A DNA stretch of 64,000 bases from Eledone cirrhosa (Eukaryota): NCBI GenBank assembly GCA_964016885.1, contig OZ024744.1, positions 116,622,001-116,686,000 on the forward strand, written 5' to 3'. The translations under genes were made by a program, and so were the position numbers. Shown here one piece after another: positions 31,501 through 47,500 of the stretch (positions are counted from its first letter, which is position 1; every line of letters starts with the position of its first letter). Under the pieces are notes generated by a model. It searched no databases and was not told the origin of the DNA. It saw only the letters and a list, made by a program, of their open reading frames with translations.

Positions 31501-34500
31501 CAATGTGACATAATGACAATGTGAGATAATGACCAATTTGAGATAATGACCAATTTGAGATAATGACCAATGTGAGATAATGACAATGTGAGATAATGAC
31601 AATGTGAGATAATGACAATGTGAGATAATGACCAATGTGAGATAATGACAATGTGAGATAATGACAATGTGAGATAACGACCAATGTTAGATAATGACAA
31701 TGTGAGATAATGACAATGTGAGATAATGACAAGGTGAGATAATGACCAATGTGAGATAATAACAATGTGAGATAATGACAATGTGAGATAATGACCAACG
31801 TGAGATAATGACAATGGGAGATAATGACAATGTGAGATAATGACCAATGTGAGATAATGACAATGTGAGATAATGACCAATGTGAGGTAATGACAATGTG
31901 AGATAATGACCAATGTGAGATAATGACAACGTGAGATAATGACAATGTGAGATACTGACCAATGTGAGATAATGACCAATGTGAGATAATGACAATGTGA
32001 GATAATGACAATGTGAGATAATGACCAATGTGAGATAATGACAATGTGAGATAATGACCAATGTGAGGTAATGACAATGTGAGATAATGAGCAATGTGAG
32101 ATAATGACAATGTGAGATAATGACAATGTGAGATAATGACAATGTGAGATAATGACAATGTGAGATAATGACAATGTGAGATAATGACCAATGTGAGATA
32201 ATGACAATGTGAGATAACGACCAATGTGAGATAATGACCAATGTGAGATAATGACAATGTGAGATAATGACAATGTGAGATAATGACCAATGTGAGATAA
32301 TGACAATGTGAGATAATGACAATGTGAGATAATGACCAATGTGAGATAATGACCAATGTGAGATAATGAGAACGTGTGATAATGACTCACGTGAGATAAT
32401 GACAATGGGAGATAATGACAATGTGAGATAATGACAATGTGAGATAATGACCAATGTGAGATAATGACAATGTGAGATAATGAGAACGTGTGATAATGAC
32501 TCACGTGAGATAATGACAATGGGAGATAATGACCAATGTGAGATAATGACCAATGTGAGATAATGACAATGTGAGATAATGACAATGTGAGATAATGACC
32601 AATGTGAGATAATGACAATGTGAGATAGTGACAATGTGAGATAATGACCAATGTGAGATAATGACCAATGTGAGATAATGAGAACGTGTGATAATGACTC
32701 ACGTGAGATAATGACAATGGGAGATAATGACCAATGTGAGATAATGACAATGTGAGATAATGACCAACGTGAGATAATGACAATGGGAGATAATGACAAT
32801 GTGAGATAATGAGCAATGTGAGATAATGACCAATGTGAGATAATGACAATGTGAGATAATGACAATGTGAGATAATGACCAATGTGAGATAATGACAATG
32901 TGAGATAATGACAATGTGAGATAATGACAATGTGAGATAATGACCAAGTGAGATAATGACAATGTGAGATAATGACAATGTGAGATAATGCCCAATTTGA
33001 GATAATGACCAATGGGAGATAATGACAATGTGAGATAATGACCAATGTGAGATAATGACAATGTGAGATAATGACCAATGTGAGATAATGACCAATGGGA
33101 GATAATGACAATGTGAGATAATGACCAATGTGAGATAATGACAATGTGAGATAATGACAATGTGAGATAATGACCAATGTGAGATAATGACCAATGTGAG
33201 ATAATGACCAATGTGAGATAATGACAATGTGAGATAATGACCAATGTGAGATAATGACAATGTGAGATAATGACCAATGTGAGATAATGACAATGTGAGA
33301 TAATGACCAATGTGAGATATTGACCAATGTGAGATAATGACCAATGTGAGATAATGACTCATGTGAGATAATGACCAATGTGAGATAATGACCAATGTAA
33401 GATAATGACAATGTGAGATAATGACAATGTGAGATAATGACAATGTGAGATAATGACCAATGTGAGATAATGACAATGTGAGATAATGACAATGTGAGAT
33501 AACGACCAATGTGAGATAATGACAATGTGAGATAATGACAATGTGAGATAATGACAATGTGAGATAATGACCAATGTGAGATAATGACAATGTGAGATAA
33601 TGACAATGTGAGATAATGACAATGTGAGATAATGACCAATGTGAGATAATGACAATGTGAGATAATGACAATGTGAGATAATGACCAATGTGAGATAATG
33701 ATAATGTGAGATAATGACAACGTGAGATAATGACAATGTGAGATAATGACCAATGTGAGATAATGACAATGTGAGATAATGACCAATGTGAGATAATGAC
33801 CAATGTGAGATAATGACAATGTGAGATAATGACCAATGTGAGATAATGACAACGTGATATAATGACAATGTGAGATAATGACAATGTGAGATAATGACAA
33901 TGTGAGATAATGACCAATGTGAGATAATGACAAAGTGAGATAATGACAATGTGAGATAATGACAATGTGAGATAATGACAATGTGAGATAACAAAAATGT
34001 GAGATAATGACAATGTGAGATAATGACAATGTGAGATAATGACCAATGTGAGATAATGACAAAGTGAGATAATGACAAGGTGAGATAATGACCAATGTGA
34101 GATAATGACAATGTGAGATAATGACCAATGTGAGATAATGACAAAGTGAGATAATGACAATGTGAGATAATGACAACGTGAGATAATGACAATGGAAGAT
34201 AATGACAGTGTGAGATAATGACCAATGTGAGATAATGACAATGTGAGATAATGACCAATGTGAGGTAATGACAATGTGAGATAATGACCAATGTGAGATA
34301 ATGACAACGTGAGATAATGACAATGTGAGATACTGACCAATGTGAGATAATGACCAATGTGAGATAATGACAATGTGAGATAATGACAATGTGAGATAAT
34401 GACCAATGTGAGATAATGACAATGTGAGATAATGACCAATGTGAGGTAATGACAATGTGAGATAATGAGCAATGTGAGATAATGACAATGTGAGATAATG

Positions 34501-34689
34501 ACAATGTGAGATAATGACAATGTGAGATAACGACAATGTGAGATAATGACAATGTGAGATAATGACCAATGTGAGATAATGACAATGTGAGATAATGACA
34601 ATGTGAGATAATGACCAATGTGAGATAATGACAATGTGAGATAATGACAATGTGAGATAATGACCAATGTGAGATAATGACCAATGTGA

Positions 34690-37600
34690 GATAATGAGAA
34701 CGTGTGATAATGACTCACGTGAGATAATGACAATGGGAGATAATGACAATGTGAGATAATGACCAATGTGAGATAATGACAATGTGAGATAATGAGAACG
34801 TGTGATAATGACTCACGTGAGATAATGACAATGGGAGATAATGACAATGGGAGATAATGACCAATGTGAGATAATGACCAATGTGAGATAATGACAATGT
34901 GAGATAATGACAATGTGAGATAATGACCAATGTGAGATAATGACAATGTGAGATAATGACAATGGGAGATAATGACCAATGTGAGATAATGACAATGTGA
35001 GATAATGACCAACGTGAGATAATGACAATGGGAGATAATGACAATGTGAGATAATGAGCAATGTGAGATAATGACCAATGTGAGATAATGACAATGTGAG
35101 ATAATGACAATGTGAGATAATGACCAACGTGAGATAATGACAATGTGAGATAATGACAATGTGAGATAATGACAATGTGAGATAATGACCAAGTGAGATA
35201 ATGACAATGTGAGATAATGACAATGTGAGATAATGCCCAATTTGAGATAATGACCAATGGGAGATAATGACAATGTGAGATAATGACCAATGTGAGATAA
35301 TGACAATGTGAGATAATGACCAATGTGAGATAATGACCAATGGGAGATAATGACAATGTGAGATAATGACCAATGTGAGATAATGACAATGTGAGATAAT
35401 GACAATGTGAGATAATGACCAATGTGAGATAATGACCAATGTGAGATAATGACCAATGTGAGATAATGACAATGTGAGATAATGACCAATGTGAGATAAT
35501 GACAATGTGAGATAATGACCAATGTGAGATAATGACAATGTGAGATAATGACCAATGTGAGATATTGACCAATGTGAGATAATGACCAATGTGAGATAAT
35601 GACTCATGTGAGATAATGACCAATGTGAGATAATGACCAATGTAAGATAATGACAATGTGAGATAATGACAATGCGAGATAATGACAATGTGACATAATG
35701 ACAATGTGAGATAATGACCAATTTGAGATAATGACCAATTTGAGATAATGACCAATGTGAGATAATGACAATGTGAGATAATGACAATGTGAGATAATGA
35801 CAATGTGAGATAATGACCAATGTGAGATAATGACAATGTGAGATAATGACAATGTGAGATAACGACCAATGTGAGATAATGACAATGTGAGATAATGACA
35901 ATGTGAGATAATGACAATGTGAGATAATGACCAATGTGAGATAATGACAATGTGAGATAATGACAATGTGAGATAATGACAATGTGAGATAATGACCAAT
36001 GTGAGATAATGACAATGTGAGATAATGACAATGTGAGATAATGACCAATGTGAGATAATGATAATGTGAGATAATGACAACGTGAGATAATGACAATGTG
36101 AGATAATGACCAATGTGAGATAATGACAATGTGAGATAATGACCAATGTGAGATAATGACCAATGTGAGATAATGACAATGTGAGATAATGACCAATGTG
36201 AGATAATGACAACGTGATATAATGACAATGTGAGATAATGACAATGTGAGATAATGACAATGTGAGATAATGACCAATGTGAGATAATGACAAAGTGAGA
36301 TAATGACAATGTGAGATAATGACAATGTGAGATAATGACAATGTGAGATAACGAAAATGTGAGATAATGACAATGTGAGATAATGACAATGTGAGATAAT
36401 GACCAATGTGAGATAATGACAAAGTGAGATAATGACAAGGTGAGATAATGACCAATGTGAGATAATGACAATGTGAGATAATGACCAATGTGAGATAATG
36501 ACAAAGTGAGATAATGACAATGTGAGATAATGACAATGGAAGATAATGACAATGTGAGATAATGACCAATGTGAGATAATGACAATGTGAGATAATGACC
36601 AATGTGAGGTAATGACAATGTGAGATAATGACCAATGTGAGATAATGACAACGTGAGATAATGACAATGTGAGATACTGACCAATGTGAGATAATGACCA
36701 ATGTGAGATAATGACAATGTGAGATAATGACAATGTGAGATAATGACCAATGTGAGATAATGACAATGTGAGATAATGACCAATGTGAGGTAATGACAAT
36801 GTGAGATAATGACCAATGTGAGATAATGACAATGTGAGATAATGACAATGTGAGATAATGACCAATGTGAGATAATGACAATGTGAGATAATGACAATGT
36901 GAGATAATGACCAATGTGAGATAATGACCAATGTGAGATAATGAGAACGTGTGATAATGACTCACGTGAGATAATGACAATGGGAGATAATGACAATGTG
37001 AGATAATGACCAATGTGAGATAATGACAATGTGAGATAATGAGAACGTGTGATAATGACTCACGTGAGATAATGACAATGGGAGATAATGACAATGGGAG
37101 ATAATGACCAATGTGAGATAATGACCAATGTGAGATAATGACAATGTGAGATAATGACAATGTGAGATAATGACCAATGTGAGATAATGACAATGTGAGA
37201 TAATGACAATGTGAGATAATGACCAATGTGAGATAATGACCAATGTGAGATAATGAGAACGTGTGATAATGACTCACGTGAGATAATGACAATGGGAGAT
37301 AATGACCAATGTGAGATAATGACAATGTGAGATAATGACCAATGTGAGATAATGACCAACGTGAGATAATGACAATGGGAGATAATGACAATGTGAGATA
37401 ATGACCAATGTGAGATAATGAGAACGTGTGATAATGACTCACGTGAGATAATGACAATGTGAGATAATGACAATGTGAGATAATGACAATGTGAGATAAT
37501 GACAATGTGAGATAATGACCAATGTGAGATAATGACCAATGTGAGATAATGAGAACGTGTGATAATGACTCACGTGAGATAATGACAATGGGAGATAATG

Positions 37601-40600
37601 ACAATGTGAGATAATGACCAATGTGAGATAATGACAATGTGAGATAATGAGAATGTGTGATAATGACTCACGTTAGATAATGACAATGGGAGATAATGAC
37701 AATGGGAGATAATGACCAATGTGAGATAATGACCAATGTGAGATAATGACAATGTGAGATAATGACAATGTGAGATAATGACCAATGTGAGATAATGACA
37801 ATGTGAGATAATGACAATGTGAGATACTGACCAATGTGAGATAATGACCAATGTGAGATAATGACAATGTGAGATAATGACAATGTGAGATAATGACCAA
37901 TGTGAGATAATGACAATGTGAGATAATGACCAATGTGAGGTAATGACAATGTGAGATAATGACCAATGTGAGATAATGACAATGTGAGATAATGACAATG
38001 TGAGATAATGACCAATGTGAGATAATGACAATGTGAGATAATGACAATGTGAGATAATGACCAATGTGAGATAATGACCAATGTGAGATAATGAGAACGT
38101 GTGATAATGACTCACGTGAGATAATGACAATGGGAGATAATGACAATGTGAGATAATGACCAATGTGAGATAATGACAATGTGAGATAATGAGAACGTGT
38201 GATAATGACTCACGTGAGATAATGACAATGGGAGATAATGACAATGGGAGATAATGACCAATGTGAGATAATGACCAATGTGAGATAATGACAATGTGAG
38301 ATAATGACAATGTGAGATAATGACCAATGTGAGATAATGACAATGTGAGATAATGACAATGTGAGATAATGACCAATGTGAGATAATGACCAATGTGAGA
38401 TAATGAGAACGTGTGATAATGACTCACGTGAGATAATGACAATGGGAGATAATGACCAATGTGAGATAATGACAATGTGAGATAATGACCAATGTGAGAT
38501 AATGACCAACGTGAGATAATGACAATGGGAGATAATGACAATGTGAGATAATGACCAATGTGAGATAATGAGAACGTGTGATAATGACTCACGTGAGATA
38601 ATGACAATGTGAGATAATGACAATGTGAGATAATGACAATGTGAGATAATGACAATGTGAGATAATGACCAATGTGAGATAATGACCAATGTGAGATAAT
38701 GAGAACGTGTGATAATGACTCACGTGAGATAATGACAATGGGAGATAATGACAATGTGAGATAATGACCAATGTGAGATAATGACAATGTGAGATAATGA
38801 GAACGTGTGATAATGACTCACGTGAGATAATGACAATGGGAGATAATGACAATGGGAGATAATGACCAATGTGAGATAATGACCAATGTGAGATAATGAC
38901 AATGTGAGATAATGACAATGTGAGATAATGACCAATGTGAGATAATGACAATGTGAGATAATGACAATGGGAGATAATGACCAATGTGAGATAATGACAA
39001 TGTGAGATAATGACCAACGTGAGATAATGACAATGGGAGATAATGACAATGTGAGATAATGAGCAATGTGAGATAATGACCAATGTGAGATAATGACAAT
39101 GTGAGATAATGACAATGTGAGATAATGACCAATGTGAGATAATGACAATGTGAGATAATGACAATGTGAGATAATGACAATGTGAGATAATGACCAAGTG
39201 AGATAATGACAATGTGAGATAATGACAATGTGAGATAATGCCCAATTTGAGATAATGACCAATGGGAGATAATGACAATGTGAGATAATGACCAATGTGA
39301 GATAATGACAATGTGAGATAATGACCAATGTGAGATAATGACCAATGGGAGATAATGACAATGTGAGATAATGACCAATGTGAGATAATGACAATGTGAG
39401 ATAATGACAATGTGAGATAATGACCAATGTGAGATAATGACCAATGTGAGATAATGACCAATGTGAGATAATGACAATGTGAGATAATGACCAATGTGAG
39501 ATAATGACAATGTGAGATAATGACCAATGTGAGATAATGACAATGTGAGATAATGACCAATGTGAGATATTGACCAATGTGAGATAATGACCAATGTGAG
39601 ATAATGACTCATGTGAGATAATGACCAATGTGAGATAATGACCAATGTAAGATAATGACAATGTGAGATAATGACAATGCGAGATAATGACAATGTGACA
39701 TAATGACAATGTGAGATAATGACCAATTTGAGATAATGACCAATTTGAGATAATGACCAATGTGAGATAATGACAATGTGAGATAATGACAATGTGAGAT
39801 AATGACAATGTGAGATAATGACCAATGTGAGATAATGACAATGTGAGATAATGACAATGTGAGATAACGACCAATGTGAGATAATGACAATGTGAGATAA
39901 TGACAATGTGAGATAATGACAATGTGAGATAATGACCAATGTGAGATAATGACAATGTGAGATAATGACAATGTGAGATAATGACAATGTGAGATAATGA
40001 CCAATGTGAGATAATGACAATGTGAGATAATGACAATGTGAGATAATGACCAATGTGAGATAATGATAATGTGAGATAATGACAACGTGAGATAATGACA
40101 ATGTGAGATAATGACCAATGTGAGATAATGACAATGTGAGATAATGACCAATGTGAGATAATGACCAATGTGAGATAATGACAATGTGAGATAATGACCA
40201 ATGTGAGATAATGACAACGTGATATAATGACAATGTGAGATAATGACAATGTGAGATAATGACAATGTGAGATAATGACCAATGTGAGATAATGACAAAG
40301 TGAGATAATGACAATGTGAGATAATGACAATGTGAGATAATGACAATGTGAGATAACGAAAATGTGAGATAATGACAATGTGAGATAATGACAATGTGAG
40401 ATAATGACCAATGTGAGATAATGACAAAGTGAGATAATGACAAGGTGAGATAATGACCAATGTGAGATAATGACAATGTGAGATAATGACCAATGTGAGA
40501 TAATGACAAAGTGAGATAATGACAATGTGAGATAATGACAATGGAAGATAATGACAATGTGAGATAATGACCAATGTGAGATAATGACAATGTGAGATAA

Positions 40601-41500
40601 TGACCAATGTGAGGTAATGACAATGTGAGATAATGACCAATGTGAGATAATGACAACGTGAGATAATGACAATGTGAGATACTGACCAATGTGAGATAAT
40701 GACCAATGTGAGATAATGACAATGTGAGATAATGACAATGTGAGATAATGACCAATGTGAGATAATGACAATGTGAGATAATGACCAATGTGAGGTAATG
40801 ACAATGTGAGATAATGACCAATGTGAGATAATGACAATGTGAGATAATGACAATGTGAGATAATGACCAATGTGAGATAATGACAATGTGAGATAATGAC
40901 AATGTGAGATAATGACCAATGTGAGATAATGACCAATGTGAGATAATGAGAACGTGTGATAATGACTCACGCGAGATAATGACAATGGGAGATAATGACA
41001 ATGTGAGATAATGACCAATGTGAGATAATGACAATGTGAGATAATGAGAACGTGTGATAATGACTCACGTGAGATAATGACAATGGGAGATAATGACAAT
41101 GGAAGATAATGACCAATGTGAGATAATGACCAATGTGAGATAATGACAATGTGAGATAATGACAATGTGAGATAATGACCAATGTGAGATAATGACAATG
41201 TGAGATAATGACAATGTGAGATAATGACCAATGTGAGATAATGACCAATGTGAGATAATGAGAACGTGTGATAATGACTCACGTGAGATAATGACAATGG
41301 GAGATAATGACCAATGTGAGATAATGACAATGTGAGATAATGACCAATGTGAGATAATGACCAACGTGAGATAATGACAATGGGAGATAATGACAATGTG
41401 AGATAATGACCAATGTGAGATAATGAGAACGTGTGATAATGACTCACGTGAGATAATGACAATGTGAGATAATGACAATGTGAGATAATGACAATGTGAG
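34690..41500. repeat. Higher-order duplication, offset 4005 bp, with a nested 1150-bp tandem duplication (approx. 36670-38950)
   Basis: Pairs 34715..36931/38720..40936 and 34813..37029/38818..41034 have offset 4005. Pairs 36962..37243/38112..38393 and 37060..37539/38210..38689 have offset 1150. Confidence 0.85.
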
Positions 41501-44500
41501 ATAATGACAATGTGAGATAATGACCAACGTGAGATAATGACAATGGGAGATAATGACAATGTGAGATAATGACCAATGTGAGATAATGACAATGTGAGAT
41601 AATGACCAATGTGAGGTAATGACAATGTGAGATAATGACCAATGTGAGATAATGACAACGTGAGATAATGACAATGTGAGATAATGACCAATGTGAGATA
41701 ATGACCAATGTGAGATAATGACAATGTGAGATAATGACAATGTGAGATAATGACCAATGTGAGATAATGACAATGTGAGATAATGACCAATGTGAGGTAA
41801 TGACAATGTGAGATAATGAGCAATGTGAGATAATGACAATGTGAGATAATGACAATGTGAGATAATGACAATGTGAGATAATGACAATGTGAGATAATGA
41901 CAATGTGAGATAATGACCAATGTGAGATAATGACAATATGAGATAACGACAATGTGAGATAACGACCAATGTGAGATAATGACAATGTGAGATAATGACA
42001 ATGTGAGATAATGACAATGTGAGATAATGACCAATGTGAGATAATGACAATGTGAGATAATGACAATGTGAGATAATGACAATGTGAGATAATGACAATG
42101 TGAGATAATGACCAATGTGAGATAATGACAATGTGAGATAATGACAATGTGAGATAATGACCAATATGAGATAATGACAATGTGAGATAATGACAACGTG
42201 AGATAATGACAATGTGAGATAATGACCAATGTGAGATAATGACAATGTGAGATAATGACCAATGTGAGATAATGACAACGTGAGATAATGACAATGTGAG
42301 ATAATGACAATGTGAGATAATGACAATGTGAGATAATGACCAATGTGAGATAATGACAAAGTGAGATAATGACAATGTGAGATAATGACAATGTGAGATA
42401 ATGACAATGTGAGATAATGAAAATGTGAGATAATGACAATGTGAGATAATGACAATGTGAGATAATGACCAATGTGAGATAATGACCAATGGGAGATAAT
42501 GACAATGTGAGATAATGACCAATGTGAGATAATGACAATGTGAGATAATGACAATGTGAGATAATGACCAATGTGAGATAATGACCAATGTGAGATAATG
42601 ACCAATGTGAGATAATGACAATGTGAGATAATGACCAATGTGAGATAATGACAATGTGAGATAATGACCAATGTGAGATAATGACAATGTGAGATAATGA
42701 CCAATGTGAGATATTGACCAATGTGAGATAATGACCAATGTGAGATAATGACTCATGTGAGATAATGACCAATGTGAGATAATGACCAATGTAAGATAAT
42801 GACAATGTGAGATAATGACAATGCGAGATAATGACAATGTGACATAATGACAATGTGAGATAATGACCAATTTGAGATAATGACCAATTTGAGATAATGA
42901 CCAATGTGAGATAATGACAATGTGAGATAATGACAATGTGAGATAATGACAATGTGAGATAATGACCAATGTGAGATAATGACAATGTGAGATAATGACA
43001 ATGTGAGATAACGACCAATGTGAGATAATGACAATGTGAGATAATGACAATGTGAGATAATGACAATGTGAGATAATGACCAATGTGAGATAATGACAAT
43101 GTGACATAATGACAATGTGAGATAATGACAATGTGAGATAATGACCAATGTGAGATAATGACAATGTGAGATAATGACAATGTGTGATAATGACCAATGT
43201 GAGATAATGATAATGTGAGATAATGACAACGTGAGATAATGACAATGTGAGATAATGACCAATGTGAGATAATGACAATGTGAGATAATGACCAATGTGA
43301 GATAATGACCAATGTGAGATAATGACAATGTGAGATAATGACCAATGTGAGATAATGACAACGTGATATAATGACAATGTGAGATAATGACAATGTGAGA
43401 TAATGACAATGTGAGATAATGACCAATGTGAGATAATGACAAAGTGAGATAATGACAATGTGAGATAATGACAATGTGAGATAATGACAATGTGAGATAA
43501 CGAAAATGTGAGATAATGACAATGTGAGATAATGACAATGTGAGATAATGACCAATGTGAGATAATGACAAAGTGAGATAATGACAAGGTGAGATAATGA
43601 CCAATGTGAGATAATGACAATGTGAGATAATGACCAATGTGAGATAATGACAAAGTGAGATAATGACAATGTGAGATAATGACAACGTGAGATAATGACA
43701 ATGGAAGATAATGACAATGTGAGATAATGACCAATGTGAGATAATGACAATGTGAGATAATGACCAATGTGAGGTAATGACAATGTGAGATAATGACCAA
43801 TGTGAGATAATGACAACGTGAGATAATGACAATGTGAGATACTGACCAATGTGAGATAATGACCAATGTGAGATAATGACAATGTGAGATAATGACAATG
43901 TGAGATAATGACCAATGTGAGATAATGACAATGTGAGATAATGACCAATGTGAGGTAATGACAATGTGAGATAATGAGCAATGTGAGATAATGACAATGT
44001 GAGATAATGACAATGTGAGATAATGACAATGTGAGATAACGACAATGTGAGATAATGACAATGTGAGATAATGACCAATGTGAGATAATGACAATGTCAG
44101 ATAATGACAATGTGAGATAATGACCAATGTGAGATAATGACAATGTGAGATAATGACAATGTGAGATAATGACCAATGTGAGATAATGACCAATGTGAGA
44201 TAATGAGAACGTGTGATAATGACTCACGTGAGATAATGACAATGGGAGATAATGACAATGTGAGATAATGACCAATGTGAGATAATGACAATGTGAGATA
44301 ATGAGAACGTGTGATAATGACTCACGTGAGATAATGACAATGGGAGATAATGACAATGGGAGATAATGACCAATGTGAGATAATGACCAATGTGAGATAA
44401 TGACAATGTGAGATAATGACAATGTGAGATAATGACCAACGTGAGATAATGACAATGTGAGATAATGACAATGGGAGATAATGACCAATGTGAGATAATG

Positions 44501-47500
44501 ACAATGTGAGATAATGACCAACGTGAGATAATGACAATGGGAGATAATGACAATGTGAGATAATGAGCAATGTGAGATAATGACCAATGTGAGATAATGA
44601 CAATGTGAGATAATGACAATGTGAGATAATGACCAATGTGAGATAATGACAATGTGAGATAATGACAATGTGAGATAATGACAATGTGAGATAATGACCA
44701 AGTGAGATAATGACAATGTGAGATAATGACAATGTGAGATAATGCCCAATTTGAGATAATGACCAATGGGAGATAATGACAATGTGAGATAATGACCAAT
44801 GGGAGATAATGACAATGTGAGATAATGACCAATGTGAGATAATGACAATGTGAGATAATGACAATGTGAGATAATGACCAATGTGAGATAATGACCAATG
44901 TGAGATAATGACCAATGTGAGATAATGACAATGTGAGATAATGACCAATGTGAGATAATGACAATGTGAGATAATGACCAATGTGAGATAATGACAATGT
45001 GAGATAATGACCAATGTGAGATATTGACCAATGTGAGATAATGACCAATGTGAGATAATGACTCATGTGAGATAATGACCAATGTGAGATAATGACCAAT
45101 GTAAGATAATGACAATGTGAGATAATGACAATGCGAGATAATGACAACGTGACATAATGACAATGTGAGATAATGACCAATTTGAGATAATGACCAATTT
45201 GAGATAATGACCAATGTGAGATAATGACAATGTGAGATAATGACAATGTGAGATAATGACCAATGTGAGATAATGACAATGTGAGATAATGACAATGTGA
45301 GATAACGACCAATGTGAGATAATGACAATGTGAGATAATGACAATGTGAGATAATGACAATGTGAGATAATGTCCAATGTGAGATAATGACAATGTGAGA
45401 TAATGACAATGTGAGATAATGACAATGTGAGATAATGACCAATGTGAGATAATGACAATGTGAGATAATGACAATGTGAGATAATGACCAATGTGAGATA
45501 ATGATAATGTGAGATAATGACAACGTGAGATAATGACAATGTGAGATAATGACCAATGTGAGATAATGACAATGTGAGATAATGACCAATGTGAGATAAT
45601 GACCAATGTGAGATAATGACAATGTGAGATAATGACCAATGTGAGATAATGACAACGTGATATAATGACAATGTGAGATAATGACAATGTGAGATAATGA
45701 CAATGTGAGATAATGACCAATGTGAGATAATGACAAAGTGAGATAATGACAATGTGAGATAATGACAATGTGAGATAATGACAATGTGAGATAACGAAAA
45801 TGTGAGATAATGACAATGTGAGATAATGACAATGTGAGATAATGACCAATGTGAGATAATGACAAAGTGAGATAATGACAAGGTGAGATAATGACCAATG
45901 TGAGATAATGACAATGTGAGATAATGACCAATGTGAGATAATGACAAAGTGAGATAATGACAATGTGAGATAATGACAACGTGAGATAATGACAATGGAA
46001 GATAATGACAATGTGAGATAATGACCAATGTGAGATAATGACAATGTGAGATAATGACCAATGTGAGGTAATGACAATGTGAGATAATGACCAATGTGAG
46101 ATATTGACAACGTGAGATAATGACAATGTGAGATACTGACCAATGTGAGATAATGACCAATGTGAGATAATGACAATGTGAGATAATGACAATGTGAGAT
46201 AATGACCAATGTGAGATAATGACAATGTGAGATAATGACCAATGTGAGGTAATGACAATGTGAGATAATGAGCAATGTGAGATAATGACAATGTGAGATA
46301 ATGACAATGTGAGATAATGACAATGTGAGATAACGACAATGTGAGATAATGACAATGTGAGATAATGACCAATGTGAGATAATGACAATGTGAGATAATG
46401 ACAATGTGAGATAATGACCAATGTGAGATAATGACAATGTGAGATAATGACAATGTGAGATAATGACCAATGTGAGATAATGACCAATGTGAGATAATGA
46501 GAACGTGTGATAATGACTCACGTGAGATAATGACAATGGGAGATAATGACAATGTGAGATAATGACCAATGTGAGATAATGACAATGTGAGATAATGAGA
46601 ACGTGTGATAATGACTCACGTGAGATAATGACAATGGGAGATAATGACAATGGGAGATAATGACCAATGTGAGATAATGACCAATGTGAGATAATGACAA
46701 TGTGAGATAATGAGAACGTGTGATAATGACTCACGTGAGATAATGACAATGGGAGATAATGACCAATGTGAGATAATGACAATGTGAGATAATGACCAAT
46801 GTGAGATAATGACCAACGTGAGATAATGACAATGGGAGATAATGACAATGTGAGATAATGACCAATGTGAGATAATGAGAACGTGTGATAATGACTCACG
46901 TGAGATAATGACAATGTGAGATAATGACAATGTGAGATAATGACAATGTGAGATAATGACCAACGTGAGATAATGACAATGGGAGATAATGACAATGTGA
47001 GATAATGACCAATGTGAGATAATGACAATGTGAGATAATGACCAATGTGAGGTAATGACAATGTGAGATAATGACCAATGTGAGATAATGACAACGTGAG
47101 ATAATGACAATGTGAGATAATGACCAATGTGAGATAATGACCAATGTGAGATAATGACAATGTGAGATAATGACAATGTGAGATAATGACCAATGTGAGA
47201 TAATGACAATGTGAGATAATGACCAATGTGAGGTAATGACAATGTGAGATAATGAGCAATGTGAGATAATGACAATGTGAGATAATGACAATGTGAGATA
47301 ATGACAATGTGAGATAATGACAATGTGAGATAATGACAATGTGAGATAATGACCAATGTGAGATAATGACAATGTGAGATAACGACAATGTGAGATAACG
47401 ACCAATGTGAGATAATGACAATGTGAGATAATGACAATGTGAGATAATGACAATGTGAGATAATGACCAATGTGAGATAATGACAATGTGAGATAATGAC

